Shown here: piece after piece, positions 39,601 to 50,250 of the stretch | How positions within the stretch are numbered: the first letter of the stretch is position 1 | How the letters are laid out: each line of letters begins with the position of its first letter | Assembly: GCA_964187785.1 (NCBI GenBank) | Contig: OZ076409.1 | Coordinates: 28,522,001-28,586,000 of the forward strand | Direction: 5' to 3' | Length of the DNA: 64,000 nt | Origin: Amphiscolops sp. MND2022 | Lineage: Eukaryota | Notes under the pieces: generated by a model | Databases searched by the model: none | Seen by the model: the letters and a program-made list of their open reading frames with translations, nothing else | Told to the model about the DNA's origin: nothing | Translations under genes and position numbers: made by a program

Positions 39601-42600
39601 TGCATCCTCGTTGGCGTTCCATGGCGGGCAAACCATTTCTGCAACAACAACTTTGAAGTGGTTGCTGCATCATACTCATCATGGTTACATGGCACAGCTT
39701 CTGCGAGCTTAGAGAAATGATCGATAATAACCAATATCCCTGTGTTGCCATCATCAGAGGGACAAATTTTCATGTGGTCATATTGGACTAGCTCGTTGAA
39801 ATAACCGCTTTGGATATTTTTCAAGTGAAAGCGTACATCACCAGGCTTGTCGCGTACTTGTTGACAAGTGATACATTGACTAACGTATTGTCCAATGGTG
39901 CGGCGGATGCCTGGCCAAGTGTGTCGCTCTTGAATTCTGGCCAAGACTTTCGCGATGCCCTGATGTCCCATCGCGTCGTGGGCCTTGAATAGTATCTCAT
40001 GCTGATACAATTGTGGCATCACTATCATACAGGGGCGTTCATGCAAAGCTCTTTGAGTTTTGGAGTATTTTACACACAAAATCCCGTTGGCGTTTATCAA
40101 TAGGAGGTTCTTCTTCTGTTTGTGGTAGTTTTTGGCGAAGGTGCGCACATTTTCCGGAAAGACGTCATTATCTATTGATTCTTGCATTACCAATTTCTTG
40201 ATGGCCAATATATGGACGTCACGGTTTTGTGCTAGTAGTAGATCCTTCAGTCCATGGACTGTGTTAGCATGTTCATGCAGTTCCATTGATATGCTGTTTA
40301 CCACAAACGCGGCTTGTCTTACGTGCTCTGGTGCAGTGCTAGTTGCTTGCTTTTCCATTAGTGGGTAAGTGGTTCTTGATGGTACGTTAGCAGCATGCGT
40401 GGGGAGTAGATAGTCTCGTTGATATTCCTCGGTCAGTTCTAACCAATCCTCAGGATATTCTGGATAAAGTTCGGCGGGCAGTGTCAATTCTGGTTTTGGC
40501 AATGTAGGTAGAGGCGCTCTCATGGCTTCCTCGCGTATGGTCGCACTTCGTTTGCTTCCTCCGCTCTTTCGCTTGGGAGCGGCAACTATGGTCTCGGGTG
40601 AACTTTGGCTACCCAACCTTCGCAAGTGTGCGGGCAATTCTGGGTGATTTGGTATCACACGTCCGTGGATGTCGAACCATGGGGCTAGCGGGAGTTTGTT
40701 ATATTCCTCCTGTGACAGGAAATCCCATTTGTCTGCAATTGCGGGTAAGCCTTTTAGTTGCTTTTCGTGTTTTTTGTAATCATTTGTTCGTTTGCTAAGA
40801 CCATCAGCATTTCGATGTTGCGTTCTGGGTCGATGCTCAATGCTGAAGTGATATTTTTCAAGAGCCATAATCCATCGACCGATAATCGCCTGATCCATCG
40901 AATATGTTTTTAGCCAAGACAGAGCCTGATTGTCTACTCTCAGTGTGAACTTTCGTGGACAGAGATAACTGTGGTTTTTCAAGATGAAATAGTATGCAGC
41001 ATACATTTCCAATTTTGGGGCTCCATACTTTGCTTGCGTGGCAGTTAACTTTTTGCTTCCGAATACAATCGGTCGCAGTTTGCGACTCTCAGGTGGTCCT
41101 TGCCATTGGTGCAAAATACCCGATATAGCTACACCACTAGCATCTGTGTCGAGAACAAATTCGCCTTCAGTGTCAGGTTGCGCCAGAGCGGTGGCTTCCA
41201 TTAGTGCCACTTTGATGCTGTTGAAGGCTCGCTGTTGCTCCTCCCCCCATAAAAATGAAGACGCTCCTCCTGTTATCGCGTGTAAAGGGGCAACTAGTTT
41301 TGCATGCCACGGGATGAAATCTCGATAGTAGTTGGCAAAACCCAAGAAACTCTGCAATTCAGTCTTGGTTCGCGGGATATCCCATTCTTTCAGCTTGGTG
41401 ACAGCTTTTGGATCTGGCTTGATACCATCTGCGGATACGACCCGGCCCAAATATTTGATCTCCGATTTCATGAAGTCACATTTGGAGACTCTCATTTTGA
41501 ACCCGGCTTCACGCAGACATTGGAATACTTCGCGTAGTCTGTCCATGTGATCCTCGATGGTCTCGGTAGCAATCACAATGTCATCGATGTAGGCCATAAC
41601 CATACTACCTTCACGATTCACTATTCTTTGTAGCGCTCGCGCTATTGCCCGTTGAAATGTTGCCGATGCGTTACACATACCAAAAGGCATACGCCGCCAC
41701 TCAAATAACCCAAGTTCACAAGCGAAGGCAGTCTTTTGGCGATCGGCTTTTCGGACAGGAATTTGCCAGAATGCCCACGCCAAGTCAATACTAGTATAGA
41801 TTTTGGCTTTGCCCAATCTGGATAGACTTTCATCGATACGTGGTAAGGGATAAGCGTCTTTGATGGTCACTTCATTAAGTGGTCGAAAGTCACAACAGAA
41901 TCGCAATTCACCACTCTTCTTTTTGACCATGACAATTCCACTCGCCCAAGGGGATAGGGAAGGTTGTATCATTCCCAAAGCTAGCAAGTCACGAACTTCT
42001 TGGTTAGCACGTTCTGCCTTGTCAGGCGACATTCGTCTTGCACCTTCGCGGTGAGGTACAGCCCCTGGCTCTACTTCCACCGGGTGCTTAGCGATTTTAC
42101 ACTTACCAATGTCGGCTTTGAATTTCATAAACAAATCATCAAATTCATTCAAAAGTTTACTGAGCGTGTCGCTGGCGGTCGATCCCCACAAACCGCGCAC
42201 TTCGTCGAGTTGTGCTTCCGGGCCCGGTATCGGAGCCATTAACGCCGGATCGGTTCGTTTTTTTACTTCGCGCTCGGACAAGCCTAGTTCTGACGGTTCG
42301 GTAGAGGACAAAAACTCAAATTCAGATGAAGAACTATATTCAGAAGAAGAATCAAGGTTCATCTGTTCGTAAACTTTACAAACATAATTTGCATTTGACT
42401 GCTGAGTTTCACTTGATTGTCCGGGGACAATCTGGGGGATGGCCTTATGAACCATTGTCACGGGTACCGCGGTTCCTAAAAGGGTGCCCTTTTTTATCCG
42501 CTGCACGTTGCTGGTAAGATTCCCTAAACTGACGTAAAGGAACCCAGTCTCCCCCACGGTCGCCACGGTGTCCTCTAAAAAGATGGCGTTTTTTAACATT

Positions 42601-45600
42601 CGGTTAGGTGTTTGGAAATTGATTAGCACGGTTCGAAATATGAAAGGTTCTAAGTTGTCTACAAGCAGTTTAGCGCGTAGTATTGCGCGTTCAAAGGGTT
42701 GCAACACTACGTCCTGTGCAATCGCTACCGACGAATTGAGTGATTCGTCACTTACTTGTGTGTGGGCATGGTACCACACTGGTTCAGACGGAGCTCGGAC
42801 AATGACCTTCATCGCGGTTAGATCCACTAAGACTTGATAAGCTCTTAGGAAGTTTCTGCCCAGGAGGAAGTCTTCCACTCCCATGGCGTCGTCGACTACC
42901 ACGAAGTTAGTTTCCAGTTCGTAGCCTCCCAATTGGAACTTGACCTTCTCTGCTAGACCAAAAGTTTTGATCGTCTTCCCATTCGCGGCATACAAGTCAA
43001 TACCATAAGGTCGTAAAAGTGTCCCGGTGCGCACAGCGACTCGATTATAGGCTGAGAAGGTGAGGATGGACACTCCTGATCCAGTGTCTATCAGACCACG
43101 TAATGGCACGGGAGCAGCATCGGGAACCACGAACGAAACTACGAGCGACGCACGCTCATCGATTCTCGCTTCACCAGTTGGTTCTTGAGTATCAATGTTA
43201 TAGCAGCGCAGCTCCTGCGGTCCCAAGCAGATCCCAGGAGGGAATGCGTCAGTAATGATGGTGGCACCAAAACGCACGTCAACACCATCTATGCAAACTT
43301 TGACTGGAATCGGAGAATAGGCATGATACGTCGAAGTAACACCTTTTACCTGCCATTCTTCCGGTTGGGGCAGGGTCAATTGTCGGCAATTCTGGTTTGC
43401 GGCTATCTCGTCTATCAGGGCGTCTATGGTGAGTTCTGGGCGGGTTTCCCTCTCAATCGCCAATAGTAATCGGATAGACATGATGGTACGTCCCGAGGGA
43501 TCAAAAGTAGTTGGCTCCGGGTTCGTCTGGATTTGAATCTTGCCACATGTGACGGTAAGGGGCGTTGCCACATGAGCGGTTTCGGCAGGACGAAGCATGA
43601 GCACCATTTCACTGTCACTCATTGTTTGAGAAGCAGGTGGCTGTTCAGCCCAGAGGCTGTAGGCCAAATCCTCATGTACTGGAACATTTTGGCATTGTGA
43701 TGCAGAGTGTTCAGTCATGCCACAATTTACACAGAATACGGGGCCAGAACATGCAGAGGCCACATTATTTTCACATAAGTTTACTCGTTCTTCAGGTGCA
43801 GCGCGAGCCGCTGGCTTCCTTGCTAGGTCTCGATTTGGGCATTCCCTTGCAAGGTGACCTGGTAGTCCACAGTTGAAGCATGCTCCTTGGGGAACCACTC
43901 TCGCTGGTTGCTGTTGTGCAGGAGCTTGTTTCACTGATGCAGGGGCTGGTGGAGCCATTTGGGGTTTAGCCTCTCGTTGTCCTTGGTTAGGAGGTAGTAC
44001 GTTTTGCGGTAGGCCTGGTGCTGGGTGAACCAATTTTCCTGGCACGAAAGGATGAGCCCTCGATCTCATTCCATACCTTGGGTCGTAAGGTTTTGATGTG
44101 TTTGGGCGATGCCGTTGCAATTGTCTCGTGGTGAACCTTAGGGATTCTACAGTTGGTGGTTCGGTCAGATATGCCTCTGCAGCGTATACCACGGCCAACT
44201 CTTGTCGCAGCGTCGGATCATTGACGCCATCTATAAAGCGTTGCAGGATCTCATAACGACGTGTAGTGATGGGCTCATCGGGGAAACCTTGGGTGCGCAG
44301 ACCTTCTAATGCGTCCAGGAATTGCATCCAATCTTCTTTTTCCTGTTGGACACGAGACATGAAGGTTTGCCTTACGTGCATGCGATTTCCACCGGTTCCA
44401 AATCTGCTGGCCAAGAGAGAGAATACCTTGTCGGGCTCGTCTCGTTCAGGTTCAGATTTGTTGATAATATAATTTCTCGCCTCTCCTTCCAGGTGGTCAA
44501 TGATAGCCCAGGCTCTATCGATTTTTGGGGATTTTGCATGCACCCTTTCTAGAAATCGCTTCATCACTGGGAGCCATCCATCGACAGAACCATCTTTAGT
44601 GCCTTTGTATACCGTAGGGCGCACCCTAGTTTGGTCTCGATTAGCAATCAGCGGTGCTAGTTCCTTGGACATGGCTTTAGATATTGCCTCGGTAAACCTG
44701 AGTTGCTCTGGTGATATAGGCGCTTCTTCGCTGATAGCTGGTGGCGGGATACTGCTGCCTCGCGTTGAATTGACAGAGTCATCGGTGTTCTCGGGGAGAG
44801 TCACTTCTCGGCGTCGAGTGCTGCTAGCGCATGGGTTGCCCGAGGGTAATTCGTCGTTCGCGGTTTGGAATTCTGCAGCTGATTCTCCCAAAGTTGCATT
44901 TGCTGTTTGGAAGGTGCTAGTGACTTCGGTTAGTACGTTTGCGCGTGTGGGCTCTCGCAGGTCGCTAATACCCATGCTTGAAGTGTCGATAGTTATCACC
45001 TCGCATGTTGGTTCTCTCTTGTGAGTTTTGGTTATGGGTGGAATATTTTTTGTTGATACCGCAGATGGGATAAATTTCGTCGATGTTGACGCAGCTTCTC
45101 CATTTGAGATCAGAGTTTGTGGCAAGGGCGCGTACCTAGCCAAGTGTTGTTTAGAGCCAGACGGGTTTGTCGAAATCGTCACACTCTCTTTTGGTTTGAG
45201 GGAGACGCTTTTCATGGGTTTTGGCGGTGACATATCAGTGTCTTGCAGTAATTCTTTGATAGTGTTGCTTGCTGGTGCGGGTTGAGGTTGGATATTTTTC
45301 AACATGGTGCCCATTGCTTGTATCTGTGAACATACCTCTTGCAGTTGAGCTTCCATGCGCACCTCTCTTTCGGTCACCATGTCTTTTATTTCGGCCATTC
45401 GATAACCCATGGCATCCATTCGAGCTGCCTGAATTTCATGTCCTTGCGCTTGTCGTTCAGTCGAGGTTCGCAGTTCAGTTTGTACGGCTTCTATCTCCTC
45501 CATTATTGACTGATGCTCTCTGTCGCACCTTGCTTTACGCTCGGACAGTTGTGAAACAGCTTGCTTCACGCCTATCTGGGCATCTAACAGAGCTTTGCGC

Positions 45601-46370
45601 GCTTTCGCTGCTTCATGTACAGCTCGATATGCTGAAGATCGGGCAGATGCAGCTTTTGATGAAGGTGAGGATGAGCGCGAGTCGCCATGAGGTCCTGTAG
45701 TGCCAGTCTGTGCCAGTAAGGCTGGAGGCCGTATTTGCTTACCCTTCCCAGATGCTCGGGGGGCCGTAGCTTCTTGAAGACGTGTCCTGGCATAATTCAT
45801 ACCCCCGACATAAGACATTTGTTGCAATATCTCTGCCGTGTTTGCAGTACTCTCGCTGGCCACGCTGGGAGCTTTGAGTTGTCCAGTGGCATTCAAGCAA
45901 CTCATTTCAGTTTCTTCCTCAGCGTTTGTCCTGTTGGAGTTGGGCCATGTCCCTGCTTCATCAGTACCGAAAGGTGTGACGGCTACTTTGGTGAGTTCTT
46001 GTAACCATTTGGACGTGTGCGCCTGACTTCCTGTTTCGTCTGCTGAACCTCCGATGTCATCGGTAGTCTTAGTAACCGGCTTGGCTTGATACTCCTCCGA
46101 TGCGTCGTCTGACATAGGGTCTGAAAAATCGGGTTCCATAACGAAACTGTCATCAGTTGGCCAATCTTCCTCCTTGGGGTCTGAGGTCAAGTCTGATATT
46201 GCACTGAGGTTTGTCTCGCACCCCGTTGGGTCTGGTGTTTTTGATGCTTCAGTGCATCGCGAGACGTCCTTCCTCCCCCTTTTGGAATGATTAGAGCGTC
46301 GCTGGGTGTTCGTGCGGCTTAATGTTCTCGTCATAGAATTCCAAAGGTTACGCAGACTGTTGGCTTTCAT
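36603..46370 (-). CDS. gag-pol: Element B single-ORF Gag-Pol (3,255 aa), same domain series as A
   Basis: CFNCGLPGHLAREC, CVNCGMTEHSASQC, LIDTGS, YIDD (~41580-41591), LDTDAS, HDAMGH...CITC, SDNA, VERQN, WRGPHKV and C-terminal macro-like domains. Confidence 0.97.
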   Translation of the reverse strand: MKANSLRNLWNSMTRTLSRTNTQRRSNHSKRGRKDVSRCTEASKTPDPTGCETNLSAISDLTSDPKEEDWPTDDSFVMEPDFSDPMSDDASEEYQAKPVTKTTDDIGGSADETGSQAHTSKWLQELTKVAVTPFGTDEAGTWPNSNRTNAEEETEMSCLNATGQLKAPSVASESTANTAEILQQMSYVGGMNYARTRLQEATAPRASGKGKQIRPPALLAQTGTTGPHGDSRSSSPSSKAASARSSAYRAVHEAAKARKALLDAQIGVKQAVSQLSERKARCDREHQSIMEEIEAVQTELRTSTERQAQGHEIQAARMDAMGYRMAEIKDMVTEREVRMEAQLQEVCSQIQAMGTMLKNIQPQPAPASNTIKELLQDTDMSPPKPMKSVSLKPKESVTISTNPSGSKQHLARYAPLPQTLISNGEAASTSTKFIPSAVSTKNIPPITKTHKREPTCEVITIDTSSMGISDLREPTRANVLTEVTSTFQTANATLGESAAEFQTANDELPSGNPCASSTRRREVTLPENTDDSVNSTRGSSIPPPAISEEAPISPEQLRFTEAISKAMSKELAPLIANRDQTRVRPTVYKGTKDGSVDGWLPVMKRFLERVHAKSPKIDRAWAIIDHLEGEARNYIINKSEPERDEPDKVFSLLASRFGTGGNRMHVRQTFMSRVQQEKEDWMQFLDALEGLRTQGFPDEPITTRRYEILQRFIDGVNDPTLRQELAVVYAAEAYLTEPPTVESLRFTTRQLQRHRPNTSKPYDPRYGMRSRAHPFVPGKLVHPAPGLPQNVLPPNQGQREAKPQMAPPAPASVKQAPAQQQPARVVPQGACFNCGLPGHLARECPNRDLARKPAARAAPEERVNLCENNVASACSGPVFCVNCGMTEHSASQCQNVPVHEDLAYSLWAEQPPASQTMSDSEMVLMLRPAETAHVATPLTVTCGKIQIQTNPEPTTFDPSGRTIMSIRLLLAIERETRPELTIDALIDEIAANQNCRQLTLPQPEEWQVKGVTSTYHAYSPIPVKVCIDGVDVRFGATIITDAFPPGICLGPQELRCYNIDTQEPTGEARIDERASLVVSFVVPDAAPVPLRGLIDTGSGVSILTFSAYNRVAVRTGTLLRPYGIDLYAANGKTIKTFGLAEKVKFQLGGYELETNFVVVDDAMGVEDFLLGRNFLRAYQVLVDLTAMKVIVRAPSEPVWYHAHTQVSDESLNSSVAIAQDVVLQPFERAILRAKLLVDNLEPFIFRTVLINFQTPNRMLKNAIFLEDTVATVGETGFLYVSLGNLTSNVQRIKKGTLLGTAVPVTMVHKAIPQIVPGQSSETQQSNANYVCKVYEQMNLDSSSEYSSSSEFEFLSSTEPSELGLSEREVKKRTDPALMAPIPGPEAQLDEVRGLWGSTASDTLSKLLNEFDDLFMKFKADIGKCKIAKHPVEVEPGAVPHREGARRMSPDKAERANQEVRDLLALGMIQPSLSPWASGIVMVKKKSGELRFCCDFRPLNEVTIKDAYPLPRIDESLSRLGKAKIYTSIDLAWAFWQIPVRKADRQKTAFACELGLFEWRRMPFGMCNASATFQRAIARALQRIVNREGSMVMAYIDDIVIATETIEDHMDRLREVFQCLREAGFKMRVSKCDFMKSEIKYLGRVVSADGIKPDPKAVTKLKEWDIPRTKTELQSFLGFANYYRDFIPWHAKLVAPLHAITGGASSFLWGEEQQRAFNSIKVALMEATALAQPDTEGEFVLDTDASGVAISGILHQWQGPPESRKLRPIVFGSKKLTATQAKYGAPKLEMYAAYYFILKNHSYLCPRKFTLRVDNQALSWLKTYSMDQAIIGRWIMALEKYHFSIEHRPRTQHRNADGLSKRTNDYKKHEKQLKGLPAIADKWDFLSQEEYNKLPLAPWFDIHGRVIPNHPELPAHLRRLGSQSSPETIVAAPKRKSGGSKRSATIREEAMRAPLPTLPKPELTLPAELYPEYPEDWLELTEEYQRDYLLPTHAANVPSRTTYPLMEKQATSTAPEHVRQAAFVVNSISMELHEHANTVHGLKDLLLAQNRDVHILAIKKLVMQESIDNDVFPENVRTFAKNYHKQKKNLLLINANGILCVKYSKTQRALHERPCMIVMPQLYQHEILFKAHDAMGHQGIAKVLARIQERHTWPGIRRTIGQYVSQCITCQQVRDKPGDVRFHLKNIQSGYFNELVQYDHMKICPSDDGNTGILVIIDHFSKLAEAVPCNHDEYDAATTSKLLLQKWFARHGTPTRMQSDNAPNFTAAVSAEFMKAAQVTKVTSTAGHPRTQGLVERQNRTLLTLLRVFCSRRMRDWDQYLDEVMGAYNSTRHATTGFSPYMLTRGMEKAIPLTFLYPEFATQSFESHEAYVEHVLARQQEIHDLVRRNTHQAQQRQKLKYDRAIRAKAYEVGEPVWVFCRYIPQKGSPKLMRAWRGPHKVARVLQEGRVYILDTGQKVHFERLKPHHGGPTEWAAVPAHNGEVAIIMDPDPEQSHEEVRDDASQPSYRAEEPISEASDASLPSRQRHWMDTRLRTHMRAGGSRLHYQQFGYSSTESDDERSDVLLSSAQANPDESVTLSSQVDEPVPIPEMPISPLPAMEALFSENEAVPDALDVAPNPNIHVPTGSTATSLTGTSAPLLTNPSLTDVLSNFPIWPLIDNNDLNPTLDDDGADAPTTNNEKGSIPPTTNPINNDAATTTKLPNAPRGRGPRGRPPGRARPRASLPRGHQRRGAIRGARKRGRPRGRPPRTTHARPNTPTHIRNTPSMDTDSSAPSAAVTSDQAAPPESTNARYGLRRNRIPRYRCGTCGLRNCECNYMIHADFPIKSQGVLLALEQEKSLPSGMVDRLVIRAEKTYTGLQRSETPYPVDYILSKMKDSTIAKAPCPRFKEWTYDLVGLEFTLPITVPPLPTNIAFGPFNYEREPIQMIRCIPADLLYDKYNVTAKPGDVYQPTSNWWLLVTAKQTSDLVHPTNLNTCLESLRTMASPDKITCFHTIDLYRGKIKFEWWLELIIAVLSNFSRIRFLDEWTHSFPSPVSLQSALHALDTWSRANIDNQSLPRSVWQDLGAIKGLLPNACDDALSKDPGRELVYHGAAKPQLVDYVQYANTDFLQTPHHIVLCCPANLETNSAALRYVIREHGADAIFQLRPEVGNIVTLPTSLIGGHPQTIHLLITRATPRCPMLADILFGCLDHLKTLLERLEAIEVHFAIIDPERPIRNLFDFYTCLMDVFADTPLTVVLHDRVYVSIASVASFP

Positions 46371-48908
46371 GATTTCGCACGTTTTGAAAAAGTCAAAATT
46401 CGATCTAGGGGTCGTACCGGCGTGAAACTTGCACAGCGCGTTGATACCGTGGTGTGGGGCCGGAAACCGAGCGTTTGGGGCTTACGGAATAGCTGATTCG
46501 CAAACAATTAGGTTTTTAGACAATTTTCGAGTTTTTTAAATTTCTTTGGAAATGACTAAGATCCCTCGAACGCAACGTCTATTCGTCGGAAACACTTGAA
46601 AATTGGCTACCTGACCTTGTGGTAGGTGTACTACACGATAGCAAAATCAAATCCAAGGTAGGGTTTTTATTTCAAGATTTAAGTTGATCCGGACGTTTGG
46701 TACCCTTAGTCATCAAGATACATCAATTTTCATGCTTATTTCGAGATTGTGCTCTACTGAAAAAAGCTAGCGGGCTCAAAATTTGCAAAACAACGTATTA
46801 TTTGGTACAAATGATAGAAATGAATTGCAATTCAACCTCGTTTTTCAATCAAGGTATTCGGATCACTCGGGAAAAATTTGAAAAATCACCCTCTATGCCC
46901 AGCTTTTTGAGTGGTACGTTTTTGTTATTTTTTCACCAAGTACCGGTTGGATTGACACGAAACTTTGTAATTACAGCCGATGAGTGTGTACAATGCCGGT
47001 GAGACCATCAAAAGAAAGCGCGGACGCTTATTTGAGGTTTCGACCTTACTTGGACAACACTCCTAAAGAAAACAATCTTAGGCTACTTTCTTCACAAATT
47101 GGCTAAGAGGGTCACCTCAAAAAGTGGTAGGGTTGAAAAAATGGGGTCTACGTGTTGCCCCACTGTTCGTAACACTAGGATAAACCCTCGAATAGATGTG
47201 CCCGTTAAGTACGAGGCACCGACAGTCCTTCAGTTTTGGATTATTTCGGTAGTTTTACAATTCTCTGAAGTTGAAACGTTAAAGAATTTTTCTCGATTTT
47301 GGTGAAAGTTGCGTTCACCAAATTTTCGGCACTAACGTTAATTTTGGTGGTGGTTACGAAAATGCAACCACTTTTTGGCTAGGGTTCAGGAATTAATGAC
47401 CCGACCCTAGCTCAGGGACAGTCCGGTTTTGTGGAAAATTGATCAGATTCAGTGCGTTTTTCCACTTTTCTCAGCACTGAATGGGAGTTTTTACACGCGG
47501 TTTTCACCACTACACGTTATTTTTTATAGAAAAACAGGAAATGAGAGCGCATAGGCTCCTAGCTAACAAAAACACAGAGTGCCCAGGGGGTTTTAATTGT
47601 GTACTCAGACACTCCTGAAACAGACTAAAAATCAACGTTTTTCAACTTTTCTCAGCACTGAAAAGGAATTTTTGCATGCGGTCTTCACTATAGATCGTTG
47701 GATTTACTAAATAAACTGAAAATAATAGCCCTGGGGCTATTCTAAGTGTAGAAGTGTTCGTCAATGGTTAAGTTGGGTTTCTTCTAAGGGTACTATAGAA
47801 AAACCTTAAAATCACAGTTTTCGTAACTTTTTTCAAGAAGTAGTGGTTATAATTACCAAAATGAGTATTGTTGGGTACCGGCAGGTGTACCCCAACCTAA
47901 TTGCAACCATACGGGGATATTTAAAAGCTTCCATACAAATTTCCCCATAAGTTCGGAGTGCTAAAATGTTCAATCTTTCAAAAACGGGTTTTCCTCCTCA
48001 CAAAACTTGTACTAAGTGCCTTTTTAGGCAACTTTGAGTACTTCATCGCGTTTTTTGCGAACTCGTTAGAGTCCTGAGCTACTTTTATTTAATTTCTGCA
48101 GGTGTGTGGCTAGCACCAAGAGCGCTCGCGCTCATGTAGGTGTTTCGCCTCAAAATGGCCCAATTTGGCACTTTTCGTCGAAAATACATGAGGAAACGCA
48201 CTTTTTTCGCACAAAACTGGTGCAGAAGCACACACTTAGTTACAGAAGGCTCGTAAAAACATTGGCAAATGGTCGTACACAAAATTTTGAGCAACCAAAA
48301 AAAAATTTTTCAACCTGACTCAAAAATATCATACAACCCGGACTGACGAGTCGTGTCTTCTCGTTCTTATTGCTCATCACCCAGAACAGCCAGAGACAAA
48401 CGGGTTGCATCATTAGACACGTCAGCATTTGTAGTACGTCTCCACCAAATTTCATTTCTCTAGATTGCCTATACGGGAAATGGGATCGGTGAGTCGTATA
48501 ACTCGTTTCGGCAGATTGTAAGATTCCTCTGAGCAAGGATCATCCTCTTCTCGATACTCACTTCATTGGTCATAAAAAGCTGAAAAAGGCTGGAAAACAC
48601 CTGTTAACACTTCTAGCAACCTCCCAGCGGCTTGCTAGACCAATTTTATGAATGACCCGTTAAGAGGGTAGACTGTTTCAATCGTTACCTGTCAACTACT
48701 AAAAAAGCATGAAAATCACAACATACAGCGCTTTTTTACAAGATTTACCTTTATCCACCGGGGTTGAAATCTTCAATGACACACACACAGGGTAAAAACG
48801 TGGAAAAACTCTGCTTCTCTCTTCTTTCCATCAGAGTCGGGTCGTACTTGGCGTCAATCACCAGAGGGTCGGCTATTTTAAAACCATTAAGGGAAGCACT
48901 TCGAAGCA

Positions 48909-48926
48909 ATCCCTCTGTGGTCGCCA
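48909..48926 (-). promoter_or_regulatory. Element B primer-binding site, tRNA-Arg-like
   Basis: TGGCGACCACAGAGGGAT, identical to element A although the flanks are unrelated. Confidence 0.88.
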
Positions 48927-48942
48927 AAAAATGATGTCTCTA

Positions 48943-49678
48943 TGTGACGACAAGCTCTCACCATTGTCGCCGTAACCATAAGAGTTAGAGGAACACATGA
49001 TATGGGTATTTGCCCGGGACAGGCGCCCATGACCATGAGCTCATTTTGCCTCTTTCGGGTAAAAACTGTCCCGTCAAAGGAGGATTCCGCTTCTTGTGAA
49101 GTGCTCGCCGGCCTGATCCAGTCTGTAATTGCTATCAGTAGTGCGCATTACGCTTTTTCTTCGAAATCAACACTTAGATAGCCTTTAAAAAATGCAAGTG
49201 GTGGAAAGGGAAAAATCAAGTTCCTTCGAAGTTACACAGGAGATTGAAATGAGTAGCTCACGAGCTGTTACAACAAGAAAATACGAAAATTACTACATAG
49301 TTAGCACTTTTGAGGCAGCAATTAGCCGGGGACACAAGCACGGATGCTTGGTCAAGCTAATTGACTCATTTTTGGTAATCACAGCGTCTTGTAACGCTTC
49401 GCTGAAGAAAGCACTGGTTAGAACAAAGTTCAGTCCGTTTTGGCAGAAATTTGAGTCTTTTTCTGATAGTGGCCGTGTTTTTCTGCAATCTTCTCGTTCG
49501 GGTGGGGGTCTCTTTCGAGTCTTTTGCTCAAATCCTCTTCAATTCCGTGGACAGGTACTTGAATAAAGACACGCTACCGTCTGGCGGAATATGACTCTTT
49601 AGTAGAGGAGATATAGTCCCTTGAACGAAATTTTCATCGAAATTTTCGAAATTGTACACTCGATAGGTAATCGCTACA
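48943..49678 (-). repeat. Element B 5' LTR (736 bp)
   Basis: Direct repeat of 30256-30991; followed by ATG. Confidence 0.97.
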
Positions 49679-50250
49679 ATGTCTCAAGGGACACCGAAAA
49701 GGACAAAAACTCAAATTTTTCCAATTTTCAAAAATTTTATGAATTTTTCACAACTTTGTGATGAACTTTGTGGATTGGAACGTTGAAAAGGGTCAAAAAG
49801 GTAAAAATTTGTTGACCAGTAGGCTTTTCTGAAGATGTAATTACAGTTTTTTAAGTGAACATGTCCCAAATTGACACCGAAAAAGACAAAAAACAAACAA
49901 AAACTTTTAATTTCAAAGTTTTTATTCAATTTTTTCCATATTTTCGACGGACTTTGTGAATTGGAACGCTGAAAAGGGTCAACAAGGAACAACAGGATTG
50001 TTCAGTATGCTTAGAAAAGAAATAAATGCAGTTTTTCAAACGGAAATTTACCAAATTGACATCGAAAAAAGAACAAAAGTTCGAAAATTTCCCGATTTTC
50101 ACTAATTTTGTTCATTGTTTGTCAAAATATCGATAGAGTTCGTGGACTAGAAAGTTGAAATGCCTAAGGCAAGGGCAAACTTGTTGTTTTGGTTACCTTT
50201 AGTCACGAGATGAGTTCATTTTGTAAAAGGAAAATGGCTTAAATTGGTGC
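49679..50250 (+). repeat. Degenerate ~180-bp tandem host repeat (right part)
   Basis: gaca(c/t)cgaaa at 49690, 49873 and 50058 (periods 183 and 185). The right boundary is approximate. Confidence 0.8.

Larger units (their letters stand above)
30256..49678 (-). mobile_element. Full-length giant Ty3/Gypsy LTR retrotransposon B (19,423 bp), in GPCR intron 2
   Basis: Two 736-bp LTRs, PBS, PPT, a single 3,255-aa Gag-Pol, ORF3 and TSD ATG. Confidence 0.97.

Noticed and set aside
8392..46026. Numerous short plus-strand ORFs overlapping gag-pol and ORF3
   Set aside because: They are antisense shadows of long coding frames, with no recognisable motifs.
46400..47900. CRISPR-like array reading of the periodic leader and host repeats
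   Set aside because: There are no identical short repeats with unique spacers and no cas genes, and the context is eukaryotic.
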